A stretch of DNA of 51,436 nucleotides, filler included, from Basidiobolus ranarum (Eukaryota): the NCBI GenBank assembly GCA_040143965.1. It is 3 parts of 3 records of this genome, joined end to end, with 100 filler letters (N's around TTAATTAATTAA, not from the genome) between each part and the next. Parts side by side here need not be neighbours in the genome. Positions count along the whole stretch, not along the records: positions 17,203 to 34,285 come from JASJQH010000316.1; positions 34,386 to 51,436 come from JASJQH010000317.1; 1 more part is not named here. One strand, 5' to 3'. This document shows positions 23,910 to 38,929 of the stretch, one piece after another (positions within the stretch are counted from its first letter, which is position 1; each line of letters starts with the position of its first letter). A program made the position numbers and the translations under genes. Under the pieces are notes generated by a model, which saw only the letters and a list, made by a program, of their open reading frames with translations, did not search any database and was not told where the DNA came from.

Positions 23910-24096
23910 TATACTATCGTAGAAACAAGGATAAACTCCAAATAAGTTGCAGTCCACGAACTAGTAATAGTTAGAGTTTCTTAAATGTAGACTAACGAGA
24001 GGCTGCAAGAAAAGAAACGAAACTGATTGATTCTTTTTTTTATGGGATGAAGAATGAGATCGAGATGAGGGGATGGGTGATTTTAGTGCCCTACTG

Positions 24097-24119
24097 CCAC
24101 GTGATACACAATCACGTGG
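24097..24119. promoter_or_regulatory. Twin E-box (ATCACGTGG) perfect inverted repeat upstream of HSF
   Basis: CCACGTGAT-ACACA-ATCACGTGG, about 190 bp upstream of the HSF ATG. Each arm contains the bHLH site RTCACGTG. Confidence 0.55.
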
Positions 24120-24412
24120 TGCGGACCTGGCAACTGATAAGGTGGACAAAATCCAAGCTTATTGACTGGTCTGGTATATCTGAGTTTTCCTGGATTTAAA
24201 AGTTCCTAAGGGTCGAATATACCATTCAATTAGGCTTATCACGAGACCACACTCGGACATGACTTGAACGTCCATATATATATAGGCAAATCAAAAAGGA
24301 ACAAATCAATTTTTAAAGCAGATATTTATGTGCATACACTATTGGTCTAGTCAATCGAAGCTCATACAAAAAATGAAAGGAAGGGGGAATGGTTGAAGAG
24401 TGGAGTAGTAAT

Positions 24413-27400
24413 TCATTTCAGCGTGATCACTGGGAAAGCGTGGTGATATTTGAAATCATAGCTGGCAGATTTGGTCGGTGTTGGTCTGGTGGCTTGATCG
24501 AAGTTATTTCGGCTTAAGGAGGCCACCTCAGGATCTTTGATGACGGTCTGTAGAGATATACTGTTACCAATACATACGCGTATGACTGCCTTAATGTTCT
24601 GAAATGGAAGTTAGCATTGATCGCCTCATGGCATTTAACTGTGGGAGACTTACTGTTATGAACTCGTCATACGACAATTCAGAGAATACTTCAGACTCGT
24701 TGAACTTCAATAAGCCCTCCATGATAGATTTGGCAGTTTGGAAATTTCTCAAGGCGGTGATTAGTAGGTCATGAACCTAAAAGTAGTAAGTCAGAGAATA
24801 GTCATGTAGAACAAATGATAGTCTGCTCGAATGTACCGAAATGCCTTCGATTTGCTTCAGAGTTTCTTGGTAGTCGTTGTAGGAGAGGGGGGTTGGAGAG
24901 ACGAGTTGATTGTACATACGGAAGCGATGATAGAATCTAGTGCGTTCATCGTCAAACTTCAAGGTAGGAGTCTTGAAATGACCGGTGCGATTGAAGGCAG
25001 CAATGGTCTAACGTATCAGTTTAGTATGTGTTCGATAATGCATAGATATTCATAGCTGTAGTTTACCAAGTAAATCCCTCTCGTGATCTCTCTTAGACCA
25101 GAGACTTGAATTCGTTGGATTGCTATTGGTGACAGAGAGTCAATGAAGTCGCGATTGCTTTGACTAGGAATTGCTCTCTCTAATGAAAATCATTAATACA
25201 TGGACTCCTCATTTCTCGACCTTTAATATGATTACCTCGTCCTTGAGCACATGCAAGAGTAACACTGACAACTCTATCCAGATGTTGACTGTGAGCACCA
25301 ATTAAGTAGTCCATATGCCTGTGATAAAACATTAGCTATGTTCCCCACCAGAGACAAATGTGATAGACTTACCAATACATCATCAAGAACTCGTACTCTG
25401 CGAATAGCTCCAGGTCAAACCCTAATTGAGCAATTTGAACCATCAAGCTTAGCTTACGATGGTAGATCCAAGACGAGTAGAAAAATGGCAGGGACGAAGC
25501 CTATGATTCACCAAATTAGTTCATGAAATACAACCAAAACAAAGGACAATGGCAGGAACATACGTCATATTTGAAGATAACATGGAATCGTTCGTCAATG
25601 TTCTCAGCCTATATCAAATTCGTTAGATTCCAGGCAATCGTTTGCTCCAAACAATGCACATATACCTCTTCTTGAAGGACTTCCCATTCGCGAAGTAACT
25701 TGCACATCACACGTCTCTGGCGCGAGCGGTTTTGACAATAGACTTTGAATGTGTCAATAAAAGGCTATTGAAAATCAAATTCGTGTTATTCAAGGTATGC
25801 CAAAGGTCAAATAATTAGGTGGTACCTTGGCTGCTCTAGTCAAAAGGTTATTGACAAGTGTGTACACTTCTTTGTGATTGTTGTTCCCCAACGGAGATTC
25901 CATAATTTCAAGTGGAGGGTGCATACTTTGGATAATAGAGTCTCTCAGGAAGTAAAAGACTGGAAGTCTTCCTAGGATACGGTGATCGGAATACAAAGCC
26001 GACTAAAAGATGAAGGTTAGATACCAAGATTGGATTGGAAAAGTAAGGGCTCTATCTTGTACCTGGATGTAAGACCTTGATACAGCGCAAGCTTGAGGCT
26101 GTGCTCGAGAATAGCAGAAGAAAAAATTCTATCGGAGAATGTGTTAGCTATTGTGGAATGCAGTTGATAGATACAATAGGAAATCACAACAATCAGTGTT
26201 TCCACGGATTTGCATGTCGTAATTGTTGATATCTTGGACAACCGACTACAAAGTCCTGATAAGTTTGTGTAGGCCTATAGTATACATGGTCAATGAGACG
26301 TAACTTCAAAGCGGAAGTGATGATTCAAACCTCTGTCACTGAAACTAAGGTAATAGGGCGAGGTGGAGCTTGGGCGGCTAATTTTCGGTTGATTAGCGGA
26401 TCAAAAGCTAAAGATCAACAACAATTAGTACAAGGTAAAAGAAAAGATGTATGGCTATCTTGCTACTAACCGTCTTTTACATCCTCTCCAAAGTCCAGCG
26501 TGGATTTAATTCCTGCAATGCTAGGATCATCGATCAATGCTTTAGCAAGATCAAATTCCTTTTGGGCTTCGGAAAACTGCATCCCAGAGATGTGTATTAA
26601 TCCAAGTAGACATCTCTAAAATACAAGAGGTTGGATTTTATCTCAATCTACATCACATATAGGAGGCTTACTTTTCGCAACTGGATTCTAGATAAAAGTG
26701 CTTTGGCATGCGTAATTTCAACGAGGTTGCCATCTCTAAATTGGATCTTCTCATCTATTACTTGTGTGAGAAAGTGCTTGAGAGAGACTGTAACTGAGTA
26801 GCTCATTAACTTACCTGGTTGAACATGTTTGATTGCTTTCATAAGCCAGTCTTCGGAGTCCTCCAGCATATTTAATACCTCGGATTCAGGGTAATCTTCA
26901 TAGAAACTCAGTCCGTACTTATTGGTAGTGAAATCCTCTTCCTTTAAAACCAAAGCTAGAATGGTCATTATAAACACGTAGTGATAAGCACATCAAGTAA
27001 AAACACACTTCGTAAACATTTCCTTTGACCATCTCCTGCCATATCAATTGGCAACACTTGATCACTCCTAGTACGTATGATTTGAGAACTAAAGTAACGA
27101 GATTATCATCAAACTCACTGAATCCTTCGACTGGAGGTATCTTAAATACATTGTGAACATAAAGACACGTGAAGATTGTTTGAGAAAGGGAATGACCAGA
27201 ATGCCATGCCAACTGTGTTGCAATTCATGTTACTAAAGTCGATCAATATGGATAGTTATGTCTATCGGTGTATAAGACCAACCTCGCAAGAGCATAGCTT
27301 ATCCATGATTCCAAGTACTTGAGAAGCTGAAAGTGTAGAAGAAACATCGAAATCTTTGCTGGCGTCTTGTCCCTCGACATACATACCTGTATCCATTTTC

Positions 27401-27868
27401 GGGTCCATTATCTAATGATGGGATTTCGAGAGTGTGTAAGTTTAGAAGCAAATCAAACCACGTAAATCCAAGAAAAACCTCAATGGCTGCCATTGAATCA
27501 TAAAGCCCAAAACTTTCCAAGTGCACTAATTGACCGATGTCAAGGTCTAAAGGTATTTTATAGATGGGTGAGTCAACTAATTTCAAGCTAGCGAGTAAAG
27601 ACAAAATCCCCACCGTTAGTCGCTTCGTCAAGGAAATTAGTTATATCTTTCCATTCTGGTAACAAAAAGGTTTGTTTATACGAATTAATTTTCAGATTAG
27701 AAATTGCCTCTGCTCAACGAAAGTTAATAACAAAAAAAAAATCAAGAGAAAAAGGAGATGGTGAGTACCCCGTACATTTTCCGAACTTCCAGTACTACAG
27801 ATAATGACATAAAATTTAGATTACAAGGTAAGCGTGATATGTGTTTTCAAAGATTTACCTAGCACCAT
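24413..27868 (-). CDS. MAK10: N-alpha-acetyltransferase 35, NatC auxiliary subunit (more than 15 introns; first exon uncertain)
   Basis: Spliced exons give WKDIT, FGLYDSMAAIEIMDPKMDTG, LAWHSGHSLSQTIFTCLY, VYEEEDF, FDPLINRKL, QNRSRQRR, LGFDLELF..YE, RFYHRFRMY..L.SP and a C-terminal HHAFPVI. Stop codon at 24413-24415. The start at 27868 (10-nt exon ATGGTGCTAG) was chosen for phase compatibility. Confidence 0.92.
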
Positions 27869-28508
27869 TGAAATTGACTTCTGTCATCCTTTGACCCTTC
27901 AGTAACTTCAATAAAAGTAGCTTTTTAAGCTATAGTGTATTCAATATTACTATGGATATTTCGAACTTTGTCGAGACTTTTACAGGCCTCATCTCCTGTT
28001 TTCGAGGCTGTCAAATAGCCTATCAAATACAACAGATCTATTGCTCTACCTCAATGCCATGATTAATGGTACCTGATCATCATTAACGCAAATTGAAGCT
28101 CAACATTGATTATAGTTATCAATCTTTGACTAGCAACCCAAATTGCCACTCTCGCCGTTATCCAATTAGAAGCGTTGGAGGATAATGAGTGATTTAGGGT
28201 CATATAATATAGCAATCTCAGATCTTCTCACAGATGTAGCGTATTTCGACTTGTCTTAATTAATTCCCATATTTTGCCACCGTTTCCCACATCGACTTTT
28301 CCACGGTATGAGTTTTGCTTGTATTCTAGTTGACTTTTACTTGAATTCACTAACCAAATAATAACCAGATAATCGCTCTAATTACTGAAATACTGTGCTA
28401 CTAATGACGTTGTCAAACTACCTGGAGCAATCGCACCTAATATGGCGATTCCGATGCTTTTCTTTCTATAAAGCATCGAAACTGATGATCAATTGAAGTT
28501 GCCTAATC

Positions 28509-30318
<1,810 letters not shown>

Positions 30319-30474
30319 GTAAGAGGTTTAATAAAACTCTACAAGGAATTTACCAACGTACAAATTTGAAAATGTCAGCTAAAAAGTAAATTTATTTCAA
30401 AGACATAATTTAATTTCAATTGGTTGTGTAAAGTGAACATGATGAACAAAAGCATCAAGAATTTAGCTGGTGGC

Positions 30475-33400
30475 TTAGACGGTAGCCACAATCTCTTCAG
30501 CTTTTTGAAGAGCCTAGTGGGAGAGTAGAGATCAAGTTAACAAATATCAACATAAAAACGATTAAAGAACCATTTACCTGGATCATCTTCTGGCATTCCT
30601 TTCTATGTTGTTGGACGACGCTACTCTCCTGTAACAAGGTTTCAAGGACTTCGCTTTTATATAATTCAGTGAGCAGTTCCTTTTGGAGCTCTTCTTTGGA
30701 TCTGTTGATCATATTATATACAATAGCTTTTGGAACCATATCGATTATAGTCTTTTTAACAATATCGAAGTATGACTGGATTAAAAGTTCTAAACATTAC
30801 AAGTTAGCTTTGAAATATATGTAAATTTCCATTTGTACCTAAAGTATCTTACTTATCACTTCGGTCTCCATGGACTCTCTTTCCGATAAGGTGCCCGAAG
30901 CCTTCAGAGTAGGTGGAGGCTAATAAACAAACATAAGAATCCAAAACAAAGATAGATCGAGTGTATGTCGTGCTTACTGATTCCATAGAGGTTTGCTTTT
31001 TCTTTTTGCTTGCAAAAAAGCTTCCAAAGAATCCAGCACCGGCGTTCTCCTCTGGAGTAGGATTTGGCAAATTCTGAGTGGCATTACCCTTTTTACTCTC
31101 ATTTAAATTAGGCGAGGTCTTTAAGCTATTAAACCGATCGCTGACAATGGCCATGGCCTTCATACAAACCATACGTTAGCAAAAAAATGCTGAATTGGCG
31201 TCTTGAATATAGTACACACTAACCTGATGACCATTCAAAAAATCTGGATGAACAGTGTTAATATAACAAGCTTCAGCACTTAAATATAGCCAATGGTTAG
31301 TCAAAGGGTATCATGAATAATATGGCAAGAATCAGCATCTTACGCAATCAAGTCTTGAACAAGTTTGTTAGTGGGAATCAACGCTTTCTTGTAAAAGGCA
31401 TTGACTACTGAATAGAACCTTCCCTTGAGATCTGGGAATCTTTTGAACTGTTGCTTCTGCAATAATGTATTCAGAATACGGACAAGCTCATCATTAGCTA
31501 GTGTTACGCATCTGAGACTAGGCTCCTCAAGTCGTTTTATTTGCTGTTTAACGATGACTTCAAATGCGGTAGTGCCGACAAAGAGAGAAGGCGATGATCC
31601 CTGGACCGTGAAGTTAAGTATCCTGGGTACGCAGTATTAGACTAAATGAAAGAGCTTACCGATGAATTGTAAAGAATAGTCCGAATATCCCCATCCTTGA
31701 TCTGTTCGAATGGGTCTAGCGACTTGATGTTGTTCGAAAAGATTTCATGAAATACAAAGCTAATTCTGGCACCTCCGCTCAACTCAAAAGAAGACAGCTC
31801 ATCTGATTTACCATCAATAATGGTCTGATACTCGTTACAAAACTCTGTAATGATACTCAATACCATGTTGGCCTATTCAAGTTAGCATCGTGTCAATTTG
31901 GATGCAGTGGAAGGTTACTCAACTTGTTGTCCAGAGTTATCGTCCATCGGGTCTCCTAGCTGAGCAAGCTCTGCTTGGTATTTGGAGAGGATAGATTGAA
32001 TCTTGGCCTTGATCTCTGGGAGGGTGGCCCGAATGTGATGCATAAGAATCTAGGAATTATTTGGTAAGCGAGTGAGGCATGAGGAGCCCTGGATTCAGTA
32101 AACCATGAAAGACTCACCGTGTTCAGCTTTCTGGCTAAGTATGGAGTTCCGCAGTATTGAGCCTTGTTACTGTAGGCGGCGTGATTCTCAAAGTATTGTG
32201 TTTCATTTTGCAATGCAGAGGAGATTGATTTGTTGGATTCGATATCTCGCTGACTACGATTGATGACAGGAATATACCCTTGTAGAGTGTTGTGAAGACA
32301 ATTAATTTATGAACAAAACATCACAAAACATTTTATCGCAATACCAAGTTTAAGAGGAATGATACGTCCAGCCAGAATATCCACTACATCAGTACCCTGG
32401 TCCCTAAATGAGATAATTCACGTAAATAAACCAACGTTGATCTTGAAAGGCAGAGAAACAAACAGTACATCAAATCGATCTTAGTTAGAACTCCAATTGT
32501 TCTTAATCCTGCATTGTACATTGTTAGCTCCAGTAATATTGCTATAGTGTTATTGTTATACGACATACCTTCGGGATCTACTTCGCGAGCGAGCTTTAAG
32601 CCGTCAGAGTTTGCTAAATCGGAGTTACCAGCAGTCACAGCCAAGATGATGGCATTTGGTTTGGAGATATATTTCATTATCATGTCCCTAATCTGCTTCT
32701 CAATATCTTTGGGTTGATCACCAACAGGTACCTAGTACATATATTAATCAGTAAACGCTCCTTACATATGCTCTTCCATAAGGATCATACCTTGGTCAAA
32801 CCAGGTAAATCCACCAAAGTTAAAGTGAGCACATTGGGTGAAAAAATACGAAGGTTGATAGGTTGTGGAGAAATCCCTAGTATGGGAAAGGTCAATTAAC
32901 TAACTACCAAAAATATAATAATAACCACTTACCTGCATTTTTACCAGTCTTAAGTTCAGTGTCTTTAACAATTTCTTCCCGAATTTTGTTAAAATCGAAA
33001 AACTTTTGACCAGGTAAATGAAGAAATTCTCCCCATTCATCTTGAGACTCGTCTTTCTCTGTGGGGTTTTATTCGTTAACAATCGTGGCACTTGTCAAAA
33101 GGGTAAAACTATAATGAAATTACTTTGATCAGCAGCCTTCGAATCATCAGAAGTGGGATTTCTTGCAGGCCTATTGATCAGTTGGAGAATCTATATAATT
33201 CAAGTTACGAAGTACAAAGTTAGTATACCATGAAGATATTAAAAAGCACACGGTTCAACTAACCAAAGGTCTTCTCGTAACGATGCCAGTGCCTCTAGGT
33301 AAAAAATCTCTCCCTACGATATTTTCAAGAACTGAACTTTTTCCACTGCTCTGACTAGAAATAATTTCGTCAGAAGGTCTCCTTGTATGTTACTAAAAGC

Positions 33401-33514
33401 TTCGTATTACCTTCCAATGACCGTTATTTGTGGTAAATCAACCGGATTTTGTACACCAACTGTGGTGAATGCATCCTGAAGCTTATTCACCGTTTTAATT
33501 AAAGCAGCGTCCAT
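30475..33514 (-). CDS. VPS1: Dynamin-related GTPase Vps1, multi-exon
   Basis: [16 protein letters not shown]...[66 protein letters not shown], the insert [12 protein letters not shown] typical of Vps1, and the GED ([18 protein letters not shown]). Stop codon at 30475-30477. Confidence 0.95.
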
Positions 33515-33752
33515 AGAAACTGATTCTCTTTGTTATTTTCAAAGTAACCCGAATTAGTGGGAAAGAGAATACGTAAGTTGAGATTACAGGATACTTACTC
33601 GTGATGGTAAACTTGACTAAAATATTACTGTATGAACTATCTTCTAAGACTGGATATCGCCTAAAATATCTGGTGGATATTGAATAACCAAGTAATAATA
33701 CACTGCACTGTGATAATGCCACTTAATCGGATGCCTTACGCGACCATGATTT

Positions 33753-33760
33753 TGACGTCA
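33753..33760. promoter_or_regulatory. CRE/ATF palindrome TGACGTCA upstream of VPS1
   Basis: Exact 8-bp CRE about 240 bp upstream of the ATG. It is a single site, so it may be chance. Confidence 0.3.
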
Positions 33761-34285
33761 TTGGCGAGTCCTAGCGGTTCTAGTCAAATATGGTAATTAT
33801 TGATCTTGATTTTGGAGTAGGTAGGATCATACGTTTGCCAAGCTTTCTTAGAATTTTAGCTGTATATCACCGTTTGTATGTTATACAAAATTTCACTTCG
33901 TTGATACTGGTTATAACATCCAGTGAATATGGATTGCTTGCTTAGAGTATTATTTTATATCCAGAAAGACTACATATTTAAGCGGGTCTCTACCAATATC
34001 ACCATGACTAGAAATACTAACTGAGGAATATCTACTAGCTATTCTGAAACATCAATTCAGTAAGGATAATTGATTTATACATGATATATATCTTAACTAG
34101 ATTCTATTAAATAAAATAAATTCAAAGCGCCTGTCATCACGATTAGAGGTTGTAGCCAGTGAATACAAGTCCGTGTAGCATTTGCTTAGCCACATGGTCT
34201 GTTTGGTTTGTTAAAGTATTATGGGTATTATTGTTAAGGTAATTGGGAGCCTGTTGGAAGTGTTGAAGTATTTGGGAGCCTGTTG

Positions 34286-34385
34286 NNNNNNNNNNNNNNN
34301 NNNNNNNNNNNNNNNNNNNNNNNNNNNNNTTAATTAATTAANNNNNNNNNNNNNNNNNNNNNNNNNNNNNNNNNNNNNNNNNNNN
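34286..34385. other. Assembly gap: 100-nt N run with TTAATTAATTAA linker
   Basis: Same artificial spacer as at 17103. Confidence 0.97.
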
Positions 34386-35336
34386 TATATTCAAACTCCT
34401 TGGGACGAACTGCAATCGCTTGCCATCGCAATGCCTACGAGAATATTCGATATCGAACCAACATAGAAGGTGATGAATTTACAATGCTCTCCGAACAGCT
34501 CAATACTAACTTTCAGGCGAGAAATGTATTCTTGTACGTTTTCATCTAATCCTTCCACGACTACAATACCAGGATAACCGGGCTTTGAAAAACCTGAAGC
34601 TCAATACATTAATAAAGAGAAACCTCAATAAGTATTATATATTACCATTAAGTTGTAATTCATCAGCCCAATGTACTATATCCTTCCGTTTGTTGGGATT
34701 CTTGATGTGATGCATCCATAACAAAGCTCTGCCAATTTTAGGGCGTTCTTTTTTAATAGAAGTGATCTCTTCCTTCACATTGTCCGGATTCTCATGAAAA
34801 ATGGAACCCTCGTTATTTAATTGTTGTATCTTCTCCCGAACGAGCTCGTATACCTCGTGAATGCAACTCTCTAAAATATGAAAGCTTCTTTAACTCCTAT
34901 TTTCTCACTATATCGAGTTTTAGCCTTAACCTCCAATATGTGCTTTCAGGTATTCTGATATAACCTCATTTGTAATGGCTTGAACTTCTCTACTTAGTTT
35001 GGAGGTAGAGATGTGGATCTGTGGTGAGACAGTCGGATAGTGAGTTGGTAATATCACAAACAACCACGCGATCTCTTTCATATCTTCAATGTCTATGCGT
35101 AACTTGAACTCGAAGTGAAGTTCTTCTGGAATATCATACTCCGAGTTTTGAAGGAATTGCTCTATTACCGACTATATAATATTGAATACAAGTGAAGCGA
35201 AGGGTATACTTAAAAATAGTGGATGTACCTGACTATAGGCATCAGACACAGGATCAAGCCAAAGAAACTCGTCATTGTAAAACATGCTTTGAATCAAGGA
35301 AACTTCACTCACTTGTTCTGTAATATTATAGTTCAT
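34386..35336 (-). CDS. RWDD2-like protein (RWD domain + DUF1115); 3' end lost in the gap
   Basis: Not in the ORF track. Exons 35336-35229, 35171-34931, 34870-34646, 34593-34511 and 34434-gap give EQVSEVSLIQSMF, LPTHYPTVSPQI (RWD YPxxxP), RALLWMHHIKNPNKRKDI..WA.EL.LNGFSKPGYPGIVVVEG and ISRLKALRWQ. Confidence 0.88.
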
Positions 35337-35646
35337 GGTAATCTACTTTAGTAATACTTGCTTTTACAATCTTCAATATGTTAAAGATAGGTATCTTCTT
35401 GAATCTACGTGTTCATGAACGAAATAATTAGGAATGGATTGCATTTGTTATATGATTAGAAGTTCGATTTTTTTTACGTCAACTAGTGATTATTTTGATC
35501 ATCTTTCATATCTTATGTGATTAATTATATCTCGAGGGCTCAGGAGCATAAATGCTAGATCGTAGAGTCAGTGAAGGAATTACAGGTGGCTGTTGGTTAC
35601 AAAGCAGAGACTCTCGAAGAACCAAGTCACCTTGAGAAAAGCTATC

Positions 35647-38377
35647 ATGAGGCGACAACGACCACGTACACGCTCAGAATCAAGTTTGCCTCCACCAACA
35701 CCTATATCACGACCTACATCCAGTCTCTCCATTGTTTCACAACCAGGACTATCAAGCCCTACTCGGACATCCTTTCAATACCAGAATGGAACTCCACCAC
35801 TTGAGCGTCGAGTCAGTTGTGAAGAAAGTGCAACCTCGAATTTTTCTTCTAGACCTTCATCTAGGGCTTCTACTCAGGGTCTGGGCTTTCATCCGACCTC
35901 TTCACCACGCACCAATTCACTCAATTCTTTTAATTCAGTTTCAGGACTTGGTTTAACAGGATTAAGGGTTGAAGGACAAAATGCTGAATTATCAAGACGT
36001 ACTAGTATCAGTAGTTCAACCGCTTCACCCAAGTAAGGCTTTTTATTAGGATTAGTTTGCCATTTACTTGCATTAAAATAAGTGGGTCGATTTTTATAGA
36101 CGAACTTATCGTACTCAACCTTTTGGACCGGTATCGGCTTTTCACAAAGACCCAAGACCTATACGAGAAAAAGATTGGCAGGCCTCGAAAACTCGAAAAC
36201 TGGTGAATTTCCTAGCGCATAGTGGATATCCTTCATCTATTTCACCGAAAACTTTTCAATCACCTACAACGAAGGATTTTCAATCAGCTTTCAAATTTTT
36301 GTATCAATTATTGGATCCCAAGTACGTATTTCGAAGGAGGTTTGAAGAGGAATGTCCCATATTGCTAAAGGAATTACGGTAAGCCACCAGAAATATGTCT
36401 TTATCTTTACATCTCCATGATGAGTTATGAAATACGTTTGATTCATATATCTATTTTCATCAAGCTATCCCCTGGCCGACCAAATCACAAAGGCTCAGCT
36501 ATATGCGGTGGGAAGCATGCATACTTGGCCAATACTTCTTGGTGTACTTGTCTGGTTAATGGAGCTTGTACAGGTAGTTTCGCATCTATATATACTGCGT
36601 CTCTGCGATATCCTAGTTGCTTACATAAATATTCTGTTAGTGTGTTGAGAAACTAGAACCTGGTATGGAGTATTTCGATGACCCGTTCATCAGCTCTCCA
36701 TTAAATCCGCGTAAAATGGAGGAGGCAGGTGATGAAATGATATTCAAACACTTGGCAAAGTCGTACATTGCGTTTCTAAACGGAGATGACAAGTTTGCCG
36801 ATCAGGAGAAAGCCCTAGAGAAATGGTTCGGTAAGTCAACGAAGTCGCGTACACCCTTCAATATCGTATGACATTGTACTGAACCATCATCTCTGTACGT
36901 TGGTAGATAAAAAGAATCAAGGATTATTTAAAAATGTTAAACTTATCGAAAAAGAAATCCAGGAAATGCAAGAAGAATACGAAAGACTAATGGAGTTAGA
37001 TGTACAGTGTTTATATTGTTTCTTGTGTTATTTCAATTGATTCATGGTGCGAGCTGTTTTGTTGTCTATCGTTAGTCACCACTTTCGACCGCCCAAAGAG
37101 AATACGATCAACTCCGTTTAGACCATAGGAAGTTCGAAGACTATATACGTCATTTGGAGGCCAAGAAATCAAAGTATCAACAGGCAAATGAACACATCTC
37201 AGAGGAGCTTGGAAACCAAGGTATTAAGCAATCCGTAATCCTTTCCAAATTGAGGCAGAACAATTAACCCGACCTCATTTCATCAGAACAACAGTTGGAG
37301 CGTATCCAACGCGAAAAGACCGAACTGAGTGATAAAGTGAACTCTCAATCTTATAAGAAGGAAGACGTCGAAAAGATGGAGCGAGACAAGATTCACTTGA
37401 TTCGTACCCTTGAGACCTCACAAAGCCGCTTAATAGAGACGAACAAACTAATTTACGAATTGGAAGATCAATTTTCTAATAGAATATTGAAGGTAATTAA
37501 GAACTTCATCATCCCTACTTCTGGTATATTTTAATCGTACGGGAATATCTAGATAGAGGAGCTTTTGTCTCAGTATAATTCACACCTATTCAAAGCTGGT
37601 CTCGCTCCTGAAAGCGCACCCCGCGCTAAAGGTAAGGACTTTGAGCTTCGTATAGTCAAAGATCCGGATCCAGGCGTAGTACCCAGTCCTAAAAACGTGA
37701 TCAAGGTATATTTTGATAATCTGATGATAAGCATTAGTATTTCAGCTTAACATTCAATCTTTTGACATGCAGCCTGGGCTGATTGCTCTGCGAATTGAAG
37801 CGGTACAAACCCGACATGAACTTGAGGAAGAGATCATTTCATTGAAACAACAATTCGATGAGAAAGTCGAGGAGGTAAATGATAAAGAGGAGTCGATAGT
37901 GGAATTGCAAAAACGCTTGGAATCTCTTGCCGATAATTACAACAACGAAAAAGAGGTACTATTTAACGATGATGAATACTTTCGGCCCAAGCTAACATAA
38001 ACGTTCTGTAGATTGCAAATCAGCAGAAGCATAACATCAACGAAGAACTCGAGGATTTACAGCAAAAATTATCCGACCTCAGGATTGATCTATCGTCCGC
38101 TGAATTTGAGGCACAACAACGAGTTCAAAGAGCTCAGATAGAGTAAGGTTCTAACCATGCATGATATAGAGACGACATCATTAAACTATTTTGCAGGTAC
38201 GACCAGCTACAGCTACAGCAATATCGACAAGTAGATCAGGTTACCCAAGAGATTTCTAGAGTACGTGACCGTCTGTGCCAAATGAAACTCCATGTAGAGA
38301 GCGTCCTTGAACGCATCGAAACCGCTGCTAGACAAGACCATGATGCGACACTTAGGAAATTTGAGTCGAAAGTCTAG
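35647..38377 (+). CDS. NDC80: Kinetochore protein Ndc80/HEC1, multi-exon
   Basis: Ser/Arg-rich N-terminal tail, then KDPRPIREK, PTTKDFQ..FKFLY..LDP, LRYP...ITK.QL.AVGS.HTWP.LLG.L.WL (CH domain) and a long coiled coil ending at TAG 38375-38377. The exact start is less certain. Confidence 0.92.
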
Positions 38378-38929
38378 AGGCTAATCTTTTTGAAATATTG
38401 ACTCTACGTTTGTTTCTATGAAGCAATTCAATTTTGAACATACGACCATTCAAACTTCACTCATACAGCTCTATCGATCTAGATACAAGCTTTTGAATGA
38501 CAAATTGCCAATCACCCACCCCCAAATAGTTTATTCAAACTCTATATTAATTATTTATAATATAAACATTCACTACTATTGACGTTTATCGATTCAGCTT
38601 ATAAATACTATAAACCCAGATCAGATCCCTTGGAATATCTTATGGAATTATATTATAATACTCATCTGATAACTATTGCGTAATATAATGAGCTAAGACT
38701 TGTTGATCAAATCTTGCTGAGATTATGAATTCGATAGTTTTAGTAGGGGCTTCTAAAATTGGATCAGAATTAAATCCGTATTCCTAGAATATATCGAAAC
38801 AATTCTAGATAAGAGATAGGTTATCTCTCCACCCAAAGCACAAATTATAAACGTCTTTGAACCTTCAGGAGTCGAAGAGCTATACTCATTCGTGTGAAAG
38901 AACTATCTCTAGTGGAGCTAAAGAAGAAC

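Noticed and set aside
23961-23996. GTTAG...CTAAC...TAG intron-like segment in the HSF leader (minus strand)
   Set aside because: At 36 nt it is shorter than every supported intron here (about 50 nt or more), and it cannot be supported without transcripts.
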